A stretch of DNA of 33,792 nucleotides from Promethearchaeota archaeon (GTDB lineage Archaea; Asgardarchaeota; Hermodarchaeia; Hermodarchaeales; Hermodarchaeaceae): contig JBHLPR010000024.1 of NCBI GenBank assembly GCA_048939245.1, positions 1 to 33,792 of the forward strand, given 5' to 3'. The translations under genes and the position numbers were made by a program. Below are positions 18,289 through 27,530 of the stretch, one piece after another (the first letter of the stretch is position 1; the number at the start of each line of letters is the position of its first letter). The notes beneath the pieces were generated by a model. It saw only the letters and a list, made by a program, of their open reading frames with translations. It had not been told where the DNA came from and ran no database searches.

Positions 18289-20117
18289 TTCTTGATCAGG
18301 GCTTCGAGTTGATTGATGAAGGCTTCAGCTTGTTTCATGCCAAGAATCCAGAATTCCTCTTTTGAAATGTCAAAACCAAGTTCAGATGCTAGCACCCTTG
18401 GTGAGCTTGTGCTCCCGGCTGAGAGCAATCGTTTGAGTTTGGGAGCGAAATCTTTGCCTTGTTCTTTATAGAGTCGATATAGAGCAAATACAAAGAGACT
18501 GGCAAAGACGTATGGGTAGTTGTAGAGTCGGAAGCGCGGAATATAGTAGTGGCCTTTGAAGGTCCACTCCCATTTACTTTCCGGAAGCCATTCAACTGCG
18601 TCACCGAACATTCGGTCACGTCCTTTCACCCAATATTTGGAGATGGTTTCACCATCCAAATACTCCCCGCGTTCATAGGCTGCATACATATCCATTTCGA
18701 AGAAGTAACGAGCCGAAACCTGGAATACGGATTGTCCAAATTCATCTAACACTCTAACCAGTACTTCGATTTTTTCGTCTTCAGTTTTTGCTTCTTTGAT
18801 TAGCTTATCCGTGAGTAAGAGTTCACCAAAGATACTGCCCACTTCTGCAATGCACATCCCGATATCCGTGTTTATGGGTTTTTGCTTTGCAGTCATTAGA
18901 TAGTCATGGACTGCATGACCATTTTCGTGAACTAATGTGAAAACTTCACTAAGCTTTCCATTGTAACTCATCAAAATGAAAGCGGATTTACCAGCCAGCC
19001 ATGAAGCACAAAATGCTCCCTGACGTTTACCCTCTCGAATTTCGGCATCTATCCGGCGCTTATCAAACATTTCCTGTACATTTCGAGCTAAATCTGCATC
19101 AAATTCCTTGTATGTATCTATTGTCATCTGGCGAGCTTCTTTCCAGGTAAAGGTTCGTTCAGGCATATTGGGTAATGGGGCTACCACATCCCATTCTCCT
19201 AATTTTGCTAAATCCATAAGTTTCGCTTTAAATTTCAGATATCGCTGAAAGAGTGAAGAGTGGCTATCCACCGTTTTCATTAACGCATCGATGGTTTCTG
19301 CGTCCACATCATTATCAATGAGGCTTTGGGTGCGTGGGGTTGGCCATTTCCGTTTTTTGCTCATTTCAACATGGTCACCAATTAGAGCCCGAACACCACT
19401 AGCCCAAATAATCTCATCATTGCCAAGACCGGTCCAGACTATGCTTTTTGCTGCTTTACGAATATCACGGTCTGGATCATGAAAGAGTGCATGAATTTGG
19501 GTAAATGGCATTTCTTTTTTCTCGCCTTCAATTTCGATTTCGAACATCCGTGTTGACAACCAGTCTCCCCGTAATTGATACCACTGGTTTATCCCAAACT
19601 GATCTTTTTGAATAATGAGTTGTTCTTCTTCTTCACTCAGAATATGTGGGGCTCTCCGAATCGCCATTTCTAAAGCGTGCTTATATTCAGCAAGTTCTGG
19701 ATTGTCAATCAATTCTGGCTGGGTTTCAACTAATTTAGCTAGCTCGATTTCAGTGAAGGCAAGGAGCTGACCAATTTTTGAACTCATCCGCCTACCCAGA
19801 TCGGCGGCTTTTTTGGCATCAGCATCCAATGAGTTCGCATTATAACTAAGATTAGCATATTTGAAAGCGCCTTCGCGTTTCAAATATTGATCTTGCATTT
19901 TTTCAAGAAAAGTTTTCAATTCCTTAGGAGAAAGCGTACCGATTTTTCCTTTGTATTCCTTGGCGAGTTTTTCTGCAGCATTAAAGGCTTGTTTCATCTG
20001 TTTTTTTAAAGCATCAAATTTCGTTGAAGGAACCAAAGGAGTGAGATCCCATACCTCAGCATTAATCATCATGATAATTCGCCCATCCATGGAGTGAGGT
20101 TTCAGGTTAAAAGTCAA
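18285..20117 (-). CDS. pepF: M3B oligoendopeptidase F
   Basis: 'WDL..L', 'GKRQGAFC', HENGH, 'AEVGSIFGE', 'YNYPY'. True start probably an ATG near 20072. Confidence 0.93.
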   Translation of the reverse strand: MTFNLKPHSMDGRIIMMINAEVWDLTPLVPSTKFDALKKQMKQAFNAAEKLAKEYKGKIGTLSPKELKTFLEKMQDQYLKREGAFKYANLSYNANSLDADAKKAADLGRRMSSKIGQLLAFTEIELAKLVETQPELIDNPELAEYKHALEMAIRRAPHILSEEEEQLIIQKDQFGINQWYQLRGDWLSTRMFEIEIEGEKKEMPFTQIHALFHDPDRDIRKAAKSIVWTGLGNDEIIWASGVRALIGDHVEMSKKRKWPTPRTQSLIDNDVDAETIDALMKTVDSHSSLFQRYLKFKAKLMDLAKLGEWDVVAPLPNMPERTFTWKEARQMTIDTYKEFDADLARNVQEMFDKRRIDAEIREGKRQGAFCASWLAGKSAFILMSYNGKLSEVFTLVHENGHAVHDYLMTAKQKPINTDIGMCIAEVGSIFGELLLTDKLIKEAKTEDEKIEVLVRVLDEFGQSVFQVSARYFFEMDMYAAYERGEYLDGETISKYWVKGRDRMFGDAVEWLPESKWEWTFKGHYYIPRFRLYNYPYVFASLFVFALYRLYKEQGKDFAPKLKRLLSAGSTSSPRVLASELGFDISKEEFWILGMKQAEAFINQLEALIKN

Positions 20118-20173
20118 ATGGATAGATTATCTTCAGGTAAATACCCCCGCTTCATGAACGGAGTTCTGATAAT

Positions 20174-21706
20174 TTAGGTGTTGAGTTGGTAGCACACACT
20201 ACTAAACTGATTGAAAATATCACGAAAAGCTTTGTAAAGCCGATCATACGTGGCTACCCGCTCGGCATCGGGTTCCACTGTTTGGTCAAAGGTAAAGAGT
20301 CGTTCTAAAGCATCAAAGGATTTGAATTCACCCAATGCAACCGCAGCTACTAATGCAACACCAACTGTGCCTGCGTCTTGGAGAGTAGTCACTCGTTTCA
20401 AAGACACGTTAAGGACATCTGCGAAAATCTGCATCCATAGATCACTTTTAGATCCGCCCCCACAAATGTTCAGACTGCTAATAAAATGACCCATCCCCTC
20501 AAGCACCTCTTTGACCCAACGGGTATTATAGGCTACTCCTTCAAGCACCGCCCTCGCCATATGTGCGCGAGTGTGGTCAAAGCTCAGGTTAAGGAACGCA
20601 CTGCGTACAAAGGGATTGATGAAAGGACATCGTTCACCAATAGGCCACGGCAAATACAAGAGATTCCGACTTCCCGGTGGAACCTGTTTTGCTTTCTCGG
20701 TAACCAAGTCGTAGACATCGATTTTAGAAGCTGAGGCTTCTTCAAGTTCAGCAGTACACACATTGTCCACTAACCATGCTAAACACGCCCCCGCACTTTC
20801 CATATGTCCAGTAAGCAATAGCCGTCCTGGCATTGCACTTTCCACTGTGCCAGCACCCGCCAAATCAAATTGTGGCTCATCTTGATGTTGTGCAATCCAC
20901 CCTGAAGAACCCACATACAAGTGTGGCTTTTTCGGTTTGATAGCCCCCGACCCGATTGGAACAGCAACCATATCACCACAACCAACAATAACTTGAGTTT
21001 CAGTTGTTAGCCCTAATTTCTTTGCTACGTCAGGGGATAGAGCCCCCAAGTTGTCTGTGGTCTTTTTAATTTCTGCAAAATGGTCTAGTGAGAGCCCTAA
21101 GCCTTCTTCGATGATTTCTGGTTCTGCCTTGTGTTTATCAATACGGAAGTAATTCCAAAGACAGGCATGACTCCAATCGGTATAGAAGTCACCTACACCA
21201 CATTGATACAGAATCCAATCCTTAACATCCACAAACTTGACAGCTTTTTTGAAAACCTTAGGCTCTTCATGCTTCACCCACAATATCTTTGGTAGCGGGT
21301 CCTTTGCCGATACAACGGGAATGATATTCTTCTCTAACATATCCGGAATTGAAAACTGATTCATCAATGGAGTTACATAGTCAACAGAACGGACATCAAG
21401 CCATAGGATAGTTTTGCGAAGCGGACGACCTTTTGCATCCACTGGAATGACAGAAGCCATCATCGCATCGACAATAAATGCTGTAATCTCTCGGGGGTCG
21501 ATGTTTGTTTGTTCGATAATTGTTCGCGTTGTTGTGGTAATGGCATCCCAATACACCTGAGGATCCTGTTCAGCCCATCGTTCCTGAGGATATTCAACCT
21601 GATAAGCTTGTGCAGCAGTACCTTGCACACATCCTTTCATGTCAATGATGCTGGACTTGGTTGCACTGGTTCCTAAATCACATGCAAGAATGTATTTCTC
21701 TGACAA
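20174..21706 (-). CDS. FGGY family carbohydrate kinase (xylulokinase-like)
   Basis: 'DLGTSATK', 'WAEQDP', 'WLDVRS', 'GERCP', 'RAVLEGVAY', 'GGGSKS'. Confidence 0.92.
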   Translation of the reverse strand: MSEKYILACDLGTSATKSSIIDMKGCVQGTAAQAYQVEYPQERWAEQDPQVYWDAITTTTRTIIEQTNIDPREITAFIVDAMMASVIPVDAKGRPLRKTILWLDVRSVDYVTPLMNQFSIPDMLEKNIIPVVSAKDPLPKILWVKHEEPKVFKKAVKFVDVKDWILYQCGVGDFYTDWSHACLWNYFRIDKHKAEPEIIEEGLGLSLDHFAEIKKTTDNLGALSPDVAKKLGLTTETQVIVGCGDMVAVPIGSGAIKPKKPHLYVGSSGWIAQHQDEPQFDLAGAGTVESAMPGRLLLTGHMESAGACLAWLVDNVCTAELEEASASKIDVYDLVTEKAKQVPPGSRNLLYLPWPIGERCPFINPFVRSAFLNLSFDHTRAHMARAVLEGVAYNTRWVKEVLEGMGHFISSLNICGGGSKSDLWMQIFADVLNVSLKRVTTLQDAGTVGVALVAAVALGEFKSFDALERLFTFDQTVEPDAERVATYDRLYKAFRDIFNQFSSVCYQLNT

Positions 21707-21762
21707 TACTAACCCTCAATCCTACTAAAGGCGGGCATACGAAAAAAGCTTATACCCAACAC

Positions 21763-22863
21763 TCATTTGTGCTTCATAGCCTTCTCAATCGTCGCTACAC
21801 AGGCTTCATTTTGTTCTTGGGTTCCTACAGTTATTCGGATAAATTGACCAACTAACCCTGCCTTACCAGTATAATCTCGAACGATAATCCCATTTTGCAG
21901 CAATTGCTGAGCAATGATATTGGAATCCACATTAGATGTTGTATACTGTGTGAGTACAAAATTAGTTTTAGATGGAAAGGCTTTGACACCTGAAATCTTA
22001 TTGAGCGCCTTTTCAAGATACTCACGACCCGTTTGAATTTTTTCTTTCACAAAAGCGAGGTAAGCTACATCACCTAGTGCAGCCACTGCAGCAGCCGCGG
22101 TAACGCGGTTCACGGGAAAATGATGCAAAACTTTTGAGAGATATTCAGCTAATTTTGGATTAGTAAGAGCATATCCTAATCGGAGTCCTGCAAACCCAAA
22201 GGCCTTTGCCATAGTCCGTGTGATGATGAGATTGGGATAGTCGTCGATGAGATGGGCGAAGGTAGTGTCACCAAAATCAAAGTAGGCTTCATCAACAACG
22301 ATGAGCATATCCAAGTCTAATACCCGTTTAAGTTCTCGTTCAGGAAGACAATTCCCGACCGGGTTGTTGGGACTGATTAGAATGATTTCTTTGGTCTCCG
22401 CCCTTATTGTGTCAAAGACATGATCAAGATTCCATGAATAATCAGGCGGAGGACGTGGTGCTGATTGCGCAATCCCCCCAAAAATCCCAAGGCGCAATTG
22501 GTAGGGTCCATAATCCGGAGGCACAAAAAGAACAGCATCGCCGGGGCTCAGAAAACCATGGTAAAAGGCGTCAATAAAGTGAGTGGATCCATTACCAACA
22601 ACAATATGGGTGTCAGCAACCCCCGTATAGGTTGCTAACGCTTGTTTGAGATCATAATAAGAAGAGTCTGGGTAAAGATGTGCTCGTTCGAGTTCTTCAA
22701 TAGCAGCTTGCCGGGCTTTTGGCGAGATGCCAAAGGGAAGCTCATTACCCATAAGCCGGGCATAATCGGAACGGATTTCATAGAGTTTGCGCAGTAGCGC
22801 TGTCGGGCTATAAGCGATACCACTCGTAATATGTGGTTTCAGAAGACGTGAAATATCACCCAT
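21763..22863 (-). CDS. PLP-dependent class I/II aminotransferase, HisC/CobD-like
   Basis: 'YPD', 'GNGS', 'SPNNPVG', 'DEAY', 'RTMAKAFGFAGLRLGY', 'RITVGT'. Confidence 0.9.
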   Translation of the reverse strand: MGDISRLLKPHITSGIAYSPTALLRKLYEIRSDYARLMGNELPFGISPKARQAAIEELERAHLYPDSSYYDLKQALATYTGVADTHIVVGNGSTHFIDAFYHGFLSPGDAVLFVPPDYGPYQLRLGIFGGIAQSAPRPPPDYSWNLDHVFDTIRAETKEIILISPNNPVGNCLPERELKRVLDLDMLIVVDEAYFDFGDTTFAHLIDDYPNLIITRTMAKAFGFAGLRLGYALTNPKLAEYLSKVLHHFPVNRVTAAAAVAALGDVAYLAFVKEKIQTGREYLEKALNKISGVKAFPSKTNFVLTQYTTSNVDSNIIAQQLLQNGIIVRDYTGKAGLVGQFIRITVGTQEQNEACVATIEKAMKHK

Positions 22864-22890
22864 AATGTATTCCCACCCTGACCAGTAACG

Positions 22891-22904
22891 GGAAATAGCT
22901 TTCC
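22891..22904. promoter_or_regulatory. GGAA-N6-TTCC palindrome (NrpR-type nitrogen operator candidate)
   Basis: GGAAATAGCTTTCC lies between a minus-strand TTTTAAG TATA-like element (~22917-22923) and the aminotransferase ATG. Confidence 0.4.
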
Positions 22905-23016
22905 GCAGGAAGATGTCTTAAAATCGATGGTTGTACCGAAAACTGAGTCAATCGAAGGTCATGGGTTTTTCCACTAACCACCTCGCTTTTAAACTGGATC
23001 CGTGCTATCTGTCGAT

Positions 23017-24534
23017 ATGTCCATTTATGACGAAATCATGGCAAAATATCGTGAAGTAACATTAGCCCAAACTATTTTCCATCTAATCAATTGGGATATG
23101 GATTGTTACATACCACCCAAAGGGTATGCCTTACGTGGTGAACAATTAGGCTTTCTTAGCAAGATGCGTCAACGACTCGTATCAAGCCCAGAATTGGGAA
23201 AATTACTCAAGAAAGCCGAATCGGAAAGTGAATTCAAGAAATACGATGAAATACAACGACGAAATATTCACCTGTTGCGACGCGAATATGACCTCATGGT
23301 AAAAGTTCCCGAGGAACTCACCGTAGCGATTGCTAAGCAACGAGCAAAAACCGATCAGACTTGGAAAAAAGCCAAAGCGAACAATGACTGGAAAAGCTTT
23401 CAGCCAGATCTCGAAGAACTCATTACACTCCTGTGGAAATATGGCGAAATCCTGATGGACGTTCGAAACACTCCCACCGTCTATGATGCGTTGATCGACC
23501 AATATGAACCACTGATGACCCAAGACAAGATCGCCAAGGTTTTCACAAAGCTTCGAAATGACCTCATCCCATTAGTCGATAAATATACAAAAGCAGCAGA
23601 ACACATGGATTTCTCGTTCATGAACCGTAAAGTAACTGTTGACCAACAACGGAAAATCTCAACTGCACTGTGTAACTTCGTCCAATATGACACCACCTCA
23701 GAGCAGGCTGGAGGGCGTATTGACGAAACCGAACACCCGTTTACAACGGGATATTACGATGATGTCAGGATAACTACTCATTACCACGAGGACAAATTCG
23801 CAGCCTCATTCTATTCAGTACTCCATGAAAGTGGTCATGCATTATATGAACAAAATTATCCACCCGAAGGAAAATTTCAACCCTGGGGCGACGCACCCAG
23901 TTATGGGGTGCACGAATCCCAGTCCCGATTTGTAGAAAATATGTTGGGTCGATCGAAGGAATTTATCACCTACTTCCTTCCGACCCTGAACAAACTAACC
24001 AATAATACTTTCAAAGACATCAGTGCCGACCAGATGACCAAAGCCGTCAATAAGGTTGAACGCTCAAAAATACGAATTGAAGCCGACGAAGTCACCTATT
24101 CTCTGCACATTATTATTCGCTTTGAGATTGAAAAAGACTTATTCGCAAACAAGATCGGAATCACAGATTTACCCAGTGTATGGAACGAGAAATACAAAGA
24201 GTATCTAGGCGTGGTTGTCAAAAACGATTCAGAAGGGGTCCTGCAGGATACCCATTGGGCTTCAGGCTATCATGGCTATTTCCCCAGTTATGCACTTGGG
24301 AACGTTTATGGTGGCCAATTTCTCACAACGATGGAAAAGACGCTCCCCAACTGGCTTGACCTCGTTGCTGATGGTAAATTTGGACCAATTAAACAATGGT
24401 TAGTGGATAATGTTCACCGGAAGGGCGACCTATACGATCCCGAAGACTTACTTTATCGTGTTACAGGGGAAAAACTCAATGCCCGACCCTTCATCCAGTA
24501 TCTTACAGGCAAATACAAGAGAATCTTTGGCTAA
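23017..24534 (+). CDS. M32 family carboxypeptidase (Taq/Pfu type)
   Basis: HPF, DVRITT, HESGHALYEQ, HESQS, IRIEADE, QDTHW, YFPSY. ATG at 23017 (track GTG 23002). Confidence 0.96.
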   Translation: MSIYDEIMAKYREVTLAQTIFHLINWDMDCYIPPKGYALRGEQLGFLSKMRQRLVSSPELGKLLKKAESESEFKKYDEIQRRNIHLLRREYDLMVKVPEELTVAIAKQRAKTDQTWKKAKANNDWKSFQPDLEELITLLWKYGEILMDVRNTPTVYDALIDQYEPLMTQDKIAKVFTKLRNDLIPLVDKYTKAAEHMDFSFMNRKVTVDQQRKISTALCNFVQYDTTSEQAGGRIDETEHPFTTGYYDDVRITTHYHEDKFAASFYSVLHESGHALYEQNYPPEGKFQPWGDAPSYGVHESQSRFVENMLGRSKEFITYFLPTLNKLTNNTFKDISADQMTKAVNKVERSKIRIEADEVTYSLHIIIRFEIEKDLFANKIGITDLPSVWNEKYKEYLGVVVKNDSEGVLQDTHWASGYHGYFPSYALGNVYGGQFLTTMEKTLPNWLDLVADGKFGPIKQWLVDNVHRKGDLYDPEDLLYRVTGEKLNARPFIQYLTGKYKRIFG

Positions 24535-24546
24535 GCTCTTTGTGAT

Positions 24547-24604
24547 AGAGAAAAGGAAAAGGGACCCGTGCTCAATGCCCGAGCCCCCAAGAGTTAGGAG
24601 CACG
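24547..24604 (-). terminator. Stem-loop CGTGCTC/GAGCACG followed by a pyrimidine/U tract on the minus strand
   Basis: 7-bp arms at 24567-24573 and 24598-24604; the minus strand continues CCCTTTTCCTTTTCTCT. Confidence 0.55.
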
Positions 24605-24626
24605 TTCAACCCACCCAGCAAACGTT

Positions 24627-24719
24627 TTAGTTACGACAAGCAAACCAGTAAAGATACTTGACGCGACGTGCCTGCCTTTGGGGGTTGTCCGCGCCATTGG
24701 AATAATGATATTTGTGCAT
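24627..24719 (-). CDS. Unannotated 30-aa small protein MHKYHYSNGADNPQRQARRVKYLYWFACRN
   Basis: Hand-translated. GGTGA RBS at 24728-24732 (8 nt spacing), TTATATAA at 24755-24762, downstream stem plus U-tract. Confidence 0.55.
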   Translation of the reverse strand: MHKYHYSNGADNPQRQARRVKYLYWFACRN

Positions 24720-24985
24720 TTTGTGTGTCACCAATGAAATCAAAAGATACCGCGTTATATAAGGCGGACTCACCATTTGGGCTCACTTTGAGAGGTCACC
24801 TGATGTTACTAACAGAAAGCACAATATTGTGGCTAAACCTGACTTAAAGAGCAGTCCGATTTTAACGTCACAGAAAAACTTACAAAAAAATCGATTTTTA
24901 CCTGTTCACTGGAGCTTTCTTAAGGGCAATTTTGTCAATGTTCATTTGGAGTAAGATAGTCAGTTGGTAGGGCTGGCGAAATAAA

Positions 24986-25834
24986 ATGATCCATCACGTC
25001 TTCATCATCGATGCACGAGAAATTATTGTAGTGCAGAAGAAATTCTGGATCATTGACATCGATCACAAGGAAATGAGACAATTTGCAGCGCGGGTTAAAG
25101 CAAACCAAGCACTCCTAATAGAACAAATCGGGACCACAAAATACATTGGACAACCACTCGGTCGTGGCGTTGTGATTCTTGGTGCCGAGAATGTGGATGA
25201 AGATACCACACTTCTTGAAAAAATTGATACAGTAACTTTCGAGTTCCGCCGGGTTATTAGTCATGAGGAAGACTTTGATGCCTTCATGCAAAAACTAGAC
25301 AGATATGTGACAACTAAATTGAAAGTTAGTCTATTAGGTTATGGAGGCGTCGGCAAAACCACTATCCTCCATCTCCTCAATGGCGGCAAAATGCCCCAAA
25401 CTTATATCCCAACAATTGGAATTGATATCCAGAAAGTAGAAGGGGCCCGAATTGGTACCTATGAGCTCCTTGTTTGGGATTTCGCTGGTCAAGAAAGGTT
25501 CCGAAAATTATGGAAGATGCTCTTTTCGCGGAGTCGCATCGTCTTTATTGTCACCGATTCCACTTTAGAAAATGTATTACAAAGTAAGGACATTCTCGAA
25601 TTCCTAAAAGAACAGGGCTTAACAAGCGATATCGTTGTTATTGCCAATAAACAGGATTTGACAGGGGCTCTTCAACCGGGTCTTGTTCAACGCCTGTTGG
25701 GAGTGAAGGCATTTGGTCTCACTGCTATTGATCCTAATGACCGAGAAAAAGCGTTGGACATCATTCGAATAAGCTTGGAACGTACGATAGATTGGGGTAG
25801 GATGGAAATCGAAACCGTTGATTTTCTTCCATAA
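24986..25834 (+). CDS. Small GTPase (Ras/Arf/Rab-like) fused to an N-terminal longin-like domain
   Basis: G1 GYGGVGKTT, G2 PTIG, G3 WDFAGQ, G4 NKQD, G5-like TAI; N-terminal 'MIHHVFIID' domain of about 110 aa. Confidence 0.9.
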   Translation: MIHHVFIIDAREIIVVQKKFWIIDIDHKEMRQFAARVKANQALLIEQIGTTKYIGQPLGRGVVILGAENVDEDTTLLEKIDTVTFEFRRVISHEEDFDAFMQKLDRYVTTKLKVSLLGYGGVGKTTILHLLNGGKMPQTYIPTIGIDIQKVEGARIGTYELLVWDFAGQERFRKLWKMLFSRSRIVFIVTDSTLENVLQSKDILEFLKEQGLTSDIVVIANKQDLTGALQPGLVQRLLGVKAFGLTAIDPNDREKALDIIRISLERTIDWGRMEIETVDFLP

Positions 25835-25922
25835 GCCGATAGATAACACAGCTTTAATTTCCAGTAGATTACCAGGGTTGAAAGGGCAACGAATTTAATT
25901 ACCACAACCTTGCTTTGAAGTT

Positions 25923-26804
25923 ATGGTGCAAGACATGGTAAGCCAAACGGACGTATCGAGAGAATCTCAATCTAAAAAATATCTGGTTAGTAAAATTACA
26001 GCTTCGAAGAATCTCCGTGCAGATATCCAAAAGGCGGTTGAACTCATTGGTGGATTCGACGATTTGATTCAACCGGGGGATTTGGTTACCATCAAACCGA
26101 ACATGAACACCGCGGATCCCTATCCCGCTTCTAGCGATGCCGACTTTATTCAAGCGCTGGGCGAAGTCTTGTTTGATGCGGGAGCGGAGAAACTTCAGAT
26201 TATGGATGCATCTACCCAACGGGTCTGCACACGCGATGTCGGAGAGGCAATCGGACTCTGCGATGTAGCATTGGAGTTGGATGCTAACTTTATTTCATTG
26301 GATGAGCATCCATGGATTAATCAGACCTTTCCCCAAGGAAAATACCTAAAGACTGGGCACATCGGTAAACCCGCTCTGGAAATGGGAAAACTCGTGGTTG
26401 CCCCTTGTTTGAAGACACACTTTATAGCAAAATTCACTGCCAGCATGAAACTCCTCATGGGGTTATTGAAACGCCAAGACCGGCTGAAAATGCATATGCG
26501 AAAACTCGAATACAAGATTGCCGACCTCGCCTCATATTTTAAACCAACCCTTATCGTAATGGATGCTCGAAAAGTCTTCGTAACAAAAGGCCCCTCCTCA
26601 GGACAAATCGAGACACCTAACTTCATTTTAGCCAGCCAGGATATGGTTGCCATTGATGTAGAAGGTGTTCGCATCCTACAAAGTTATGACGCGAAAAATA
26701 AACTCGATAAACCAGTCTGGGAACTGGGACAAATCGCTCGAGCAAAAGAAATCGGATTCGGTGCAACAGGCGATGAAGACATTAACGTCATCGAGGACAC
26801 TTAA
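25923..26804 (+). CDS. DUF362 domain protein
   Basis: 'V.IKPN', 'PCLKTH', 'TASMK.LMG', 'GP..G', 'ASQDMVAID'. Confidence 0.85.
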   Translation: MVQDMVSQTDVSRESQSKKYLVSKITASKNLRADIQKAVELIGGFDDLIQPGDLVTIKPNMNTADPYPASSDADFIQALGEVLFDAGAEKLQIMDASTQRVCTRDVGEAIGLCDVALELDANFISLDEHPWINQTFPQGKYLKTGHIGKPALEMGKLVVAPCLKTHFIAKFTASMKLLMGLLKRQDRLKMHMRKLEYKIADLASYFKPTLIVMDARKVFVTKGPSSGQIETPNFILASQDMVAIDVEGVRILQSYDAKNKLDKPVWELGQIARAKEIGFGATGDEDINVIEDT

Positions 26805-26884
26805 GCACGATTCAAGTTCCCATATTATTCTGAACGTGCTTCTTACTCACCCGAGCATTGATAATTACCGTAAGTATGGCTCTT

Positions 26885-27355
26885 TCAGTTCGATACAGAA
26901 ATAATATCATCATAATATCTGTCACGGATTTTATTTAGAACCACAAAGGATCGCGTTTTTTCAATGAAGTCTTGGTTGCGTATTTGTTCGATGATTTCTT
27001 CAAAACAGCGGATATCCTGGCAGATGATTTTCAGGACTAAGTCAAATTCTCCAGTGACCGTGTAGATTTCAACGATATTATCGATACCTTGAAGCGCTTG
27101 TGCAACTTCAGGACCTGGCATTCTTCCTGCATTGACACCCACGAGGACGGTGATGGGATTAGCAGCCTTCTCATAATTGATAGCAATAGTAAACCGTTGG
27201 ATGACACCCGTTTTGTAAAGGCGATCGACTCGACGACGAATCGTAGATTCAGACAAACCAAGGGTCCGCGCTAAACGGGCAGTGGATTGACGGGCATCAC
27301 GTACAAGGTGCCGGAGAATCCGACGGTCAGTTTCATCGAGATCAGATGAAGCCAT
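26885..27355 (-). CDS. Lrp/AsnC family transcriptional regulator
   Basis: 'LDETDRRIL..L..DAR', HTH, 'GVIQRF', 'VTGEFD' RAM domain. Confidence 0.96.
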   Translation of the reverse strand: MASSDLDETDRRILRHLVRDARQSTARLARTLGLSESTIRRRVDRLYKTGVIQRFTIAINYEKAANPITVLVGVNAGRMPGPEVAQALQGIDNIVEIYTVTGEFDLVLKIICQDIRCFEEIIEQIRNQDFIEKTRSFVVLNKIRDRYYDDIISVSN

Positions 27356-27530
27356 ATTGTCACTTCCATAACACTTTAAGGGGGTTTAGTAATCGCCCAA
27401 AATCCTATGGTTTCTGGGCGTTTTTAGCCTCTTTCCGATATTTCTTTAAAAGGTATTGGTGGTTTCATCCTCTCATTATTATATTTTTGACGCATTCTTA
27501 TGAACCCTTATATTATATTGGTGGATTCTA

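Noticed and set aside
5-18602. Exact 18-bp repeat AAGCCATTCAACTGCGTC at 5-22 and 18585-18602
   Set aside because: Both copies are in-frame coding sequence (DAVEWL) inside unrelated genes, with no flanking similarity or element signature. Treated as coincidence aided by codon bias.
24410-24661. 83-aa plus-strand ORF from the track
   Set aside because: It overlaps the M32 3' end out of frame, has no RBS, and crosses the structured element.
5639-24719. RiPP cluster hypothesis (TldD/E, radical SAM, peptidases, 30-aa peptide)
   Set aside because: Genes are dispersed over about 19 kb in mixed orientation, with no YcaO, RRE, SPASM domain or exporter, and each has a simpler explanation.
24535-24985. 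RNase P RNA, SRP RNA or tRNA in the long intergenic gap
   Set aside because: No GAGGAAAGUCC/GGCUUA P4 pair, SRP helix-8 motif or T-loop cloverleaf was found; AACAGAA near 24811 lacks the following consensus.
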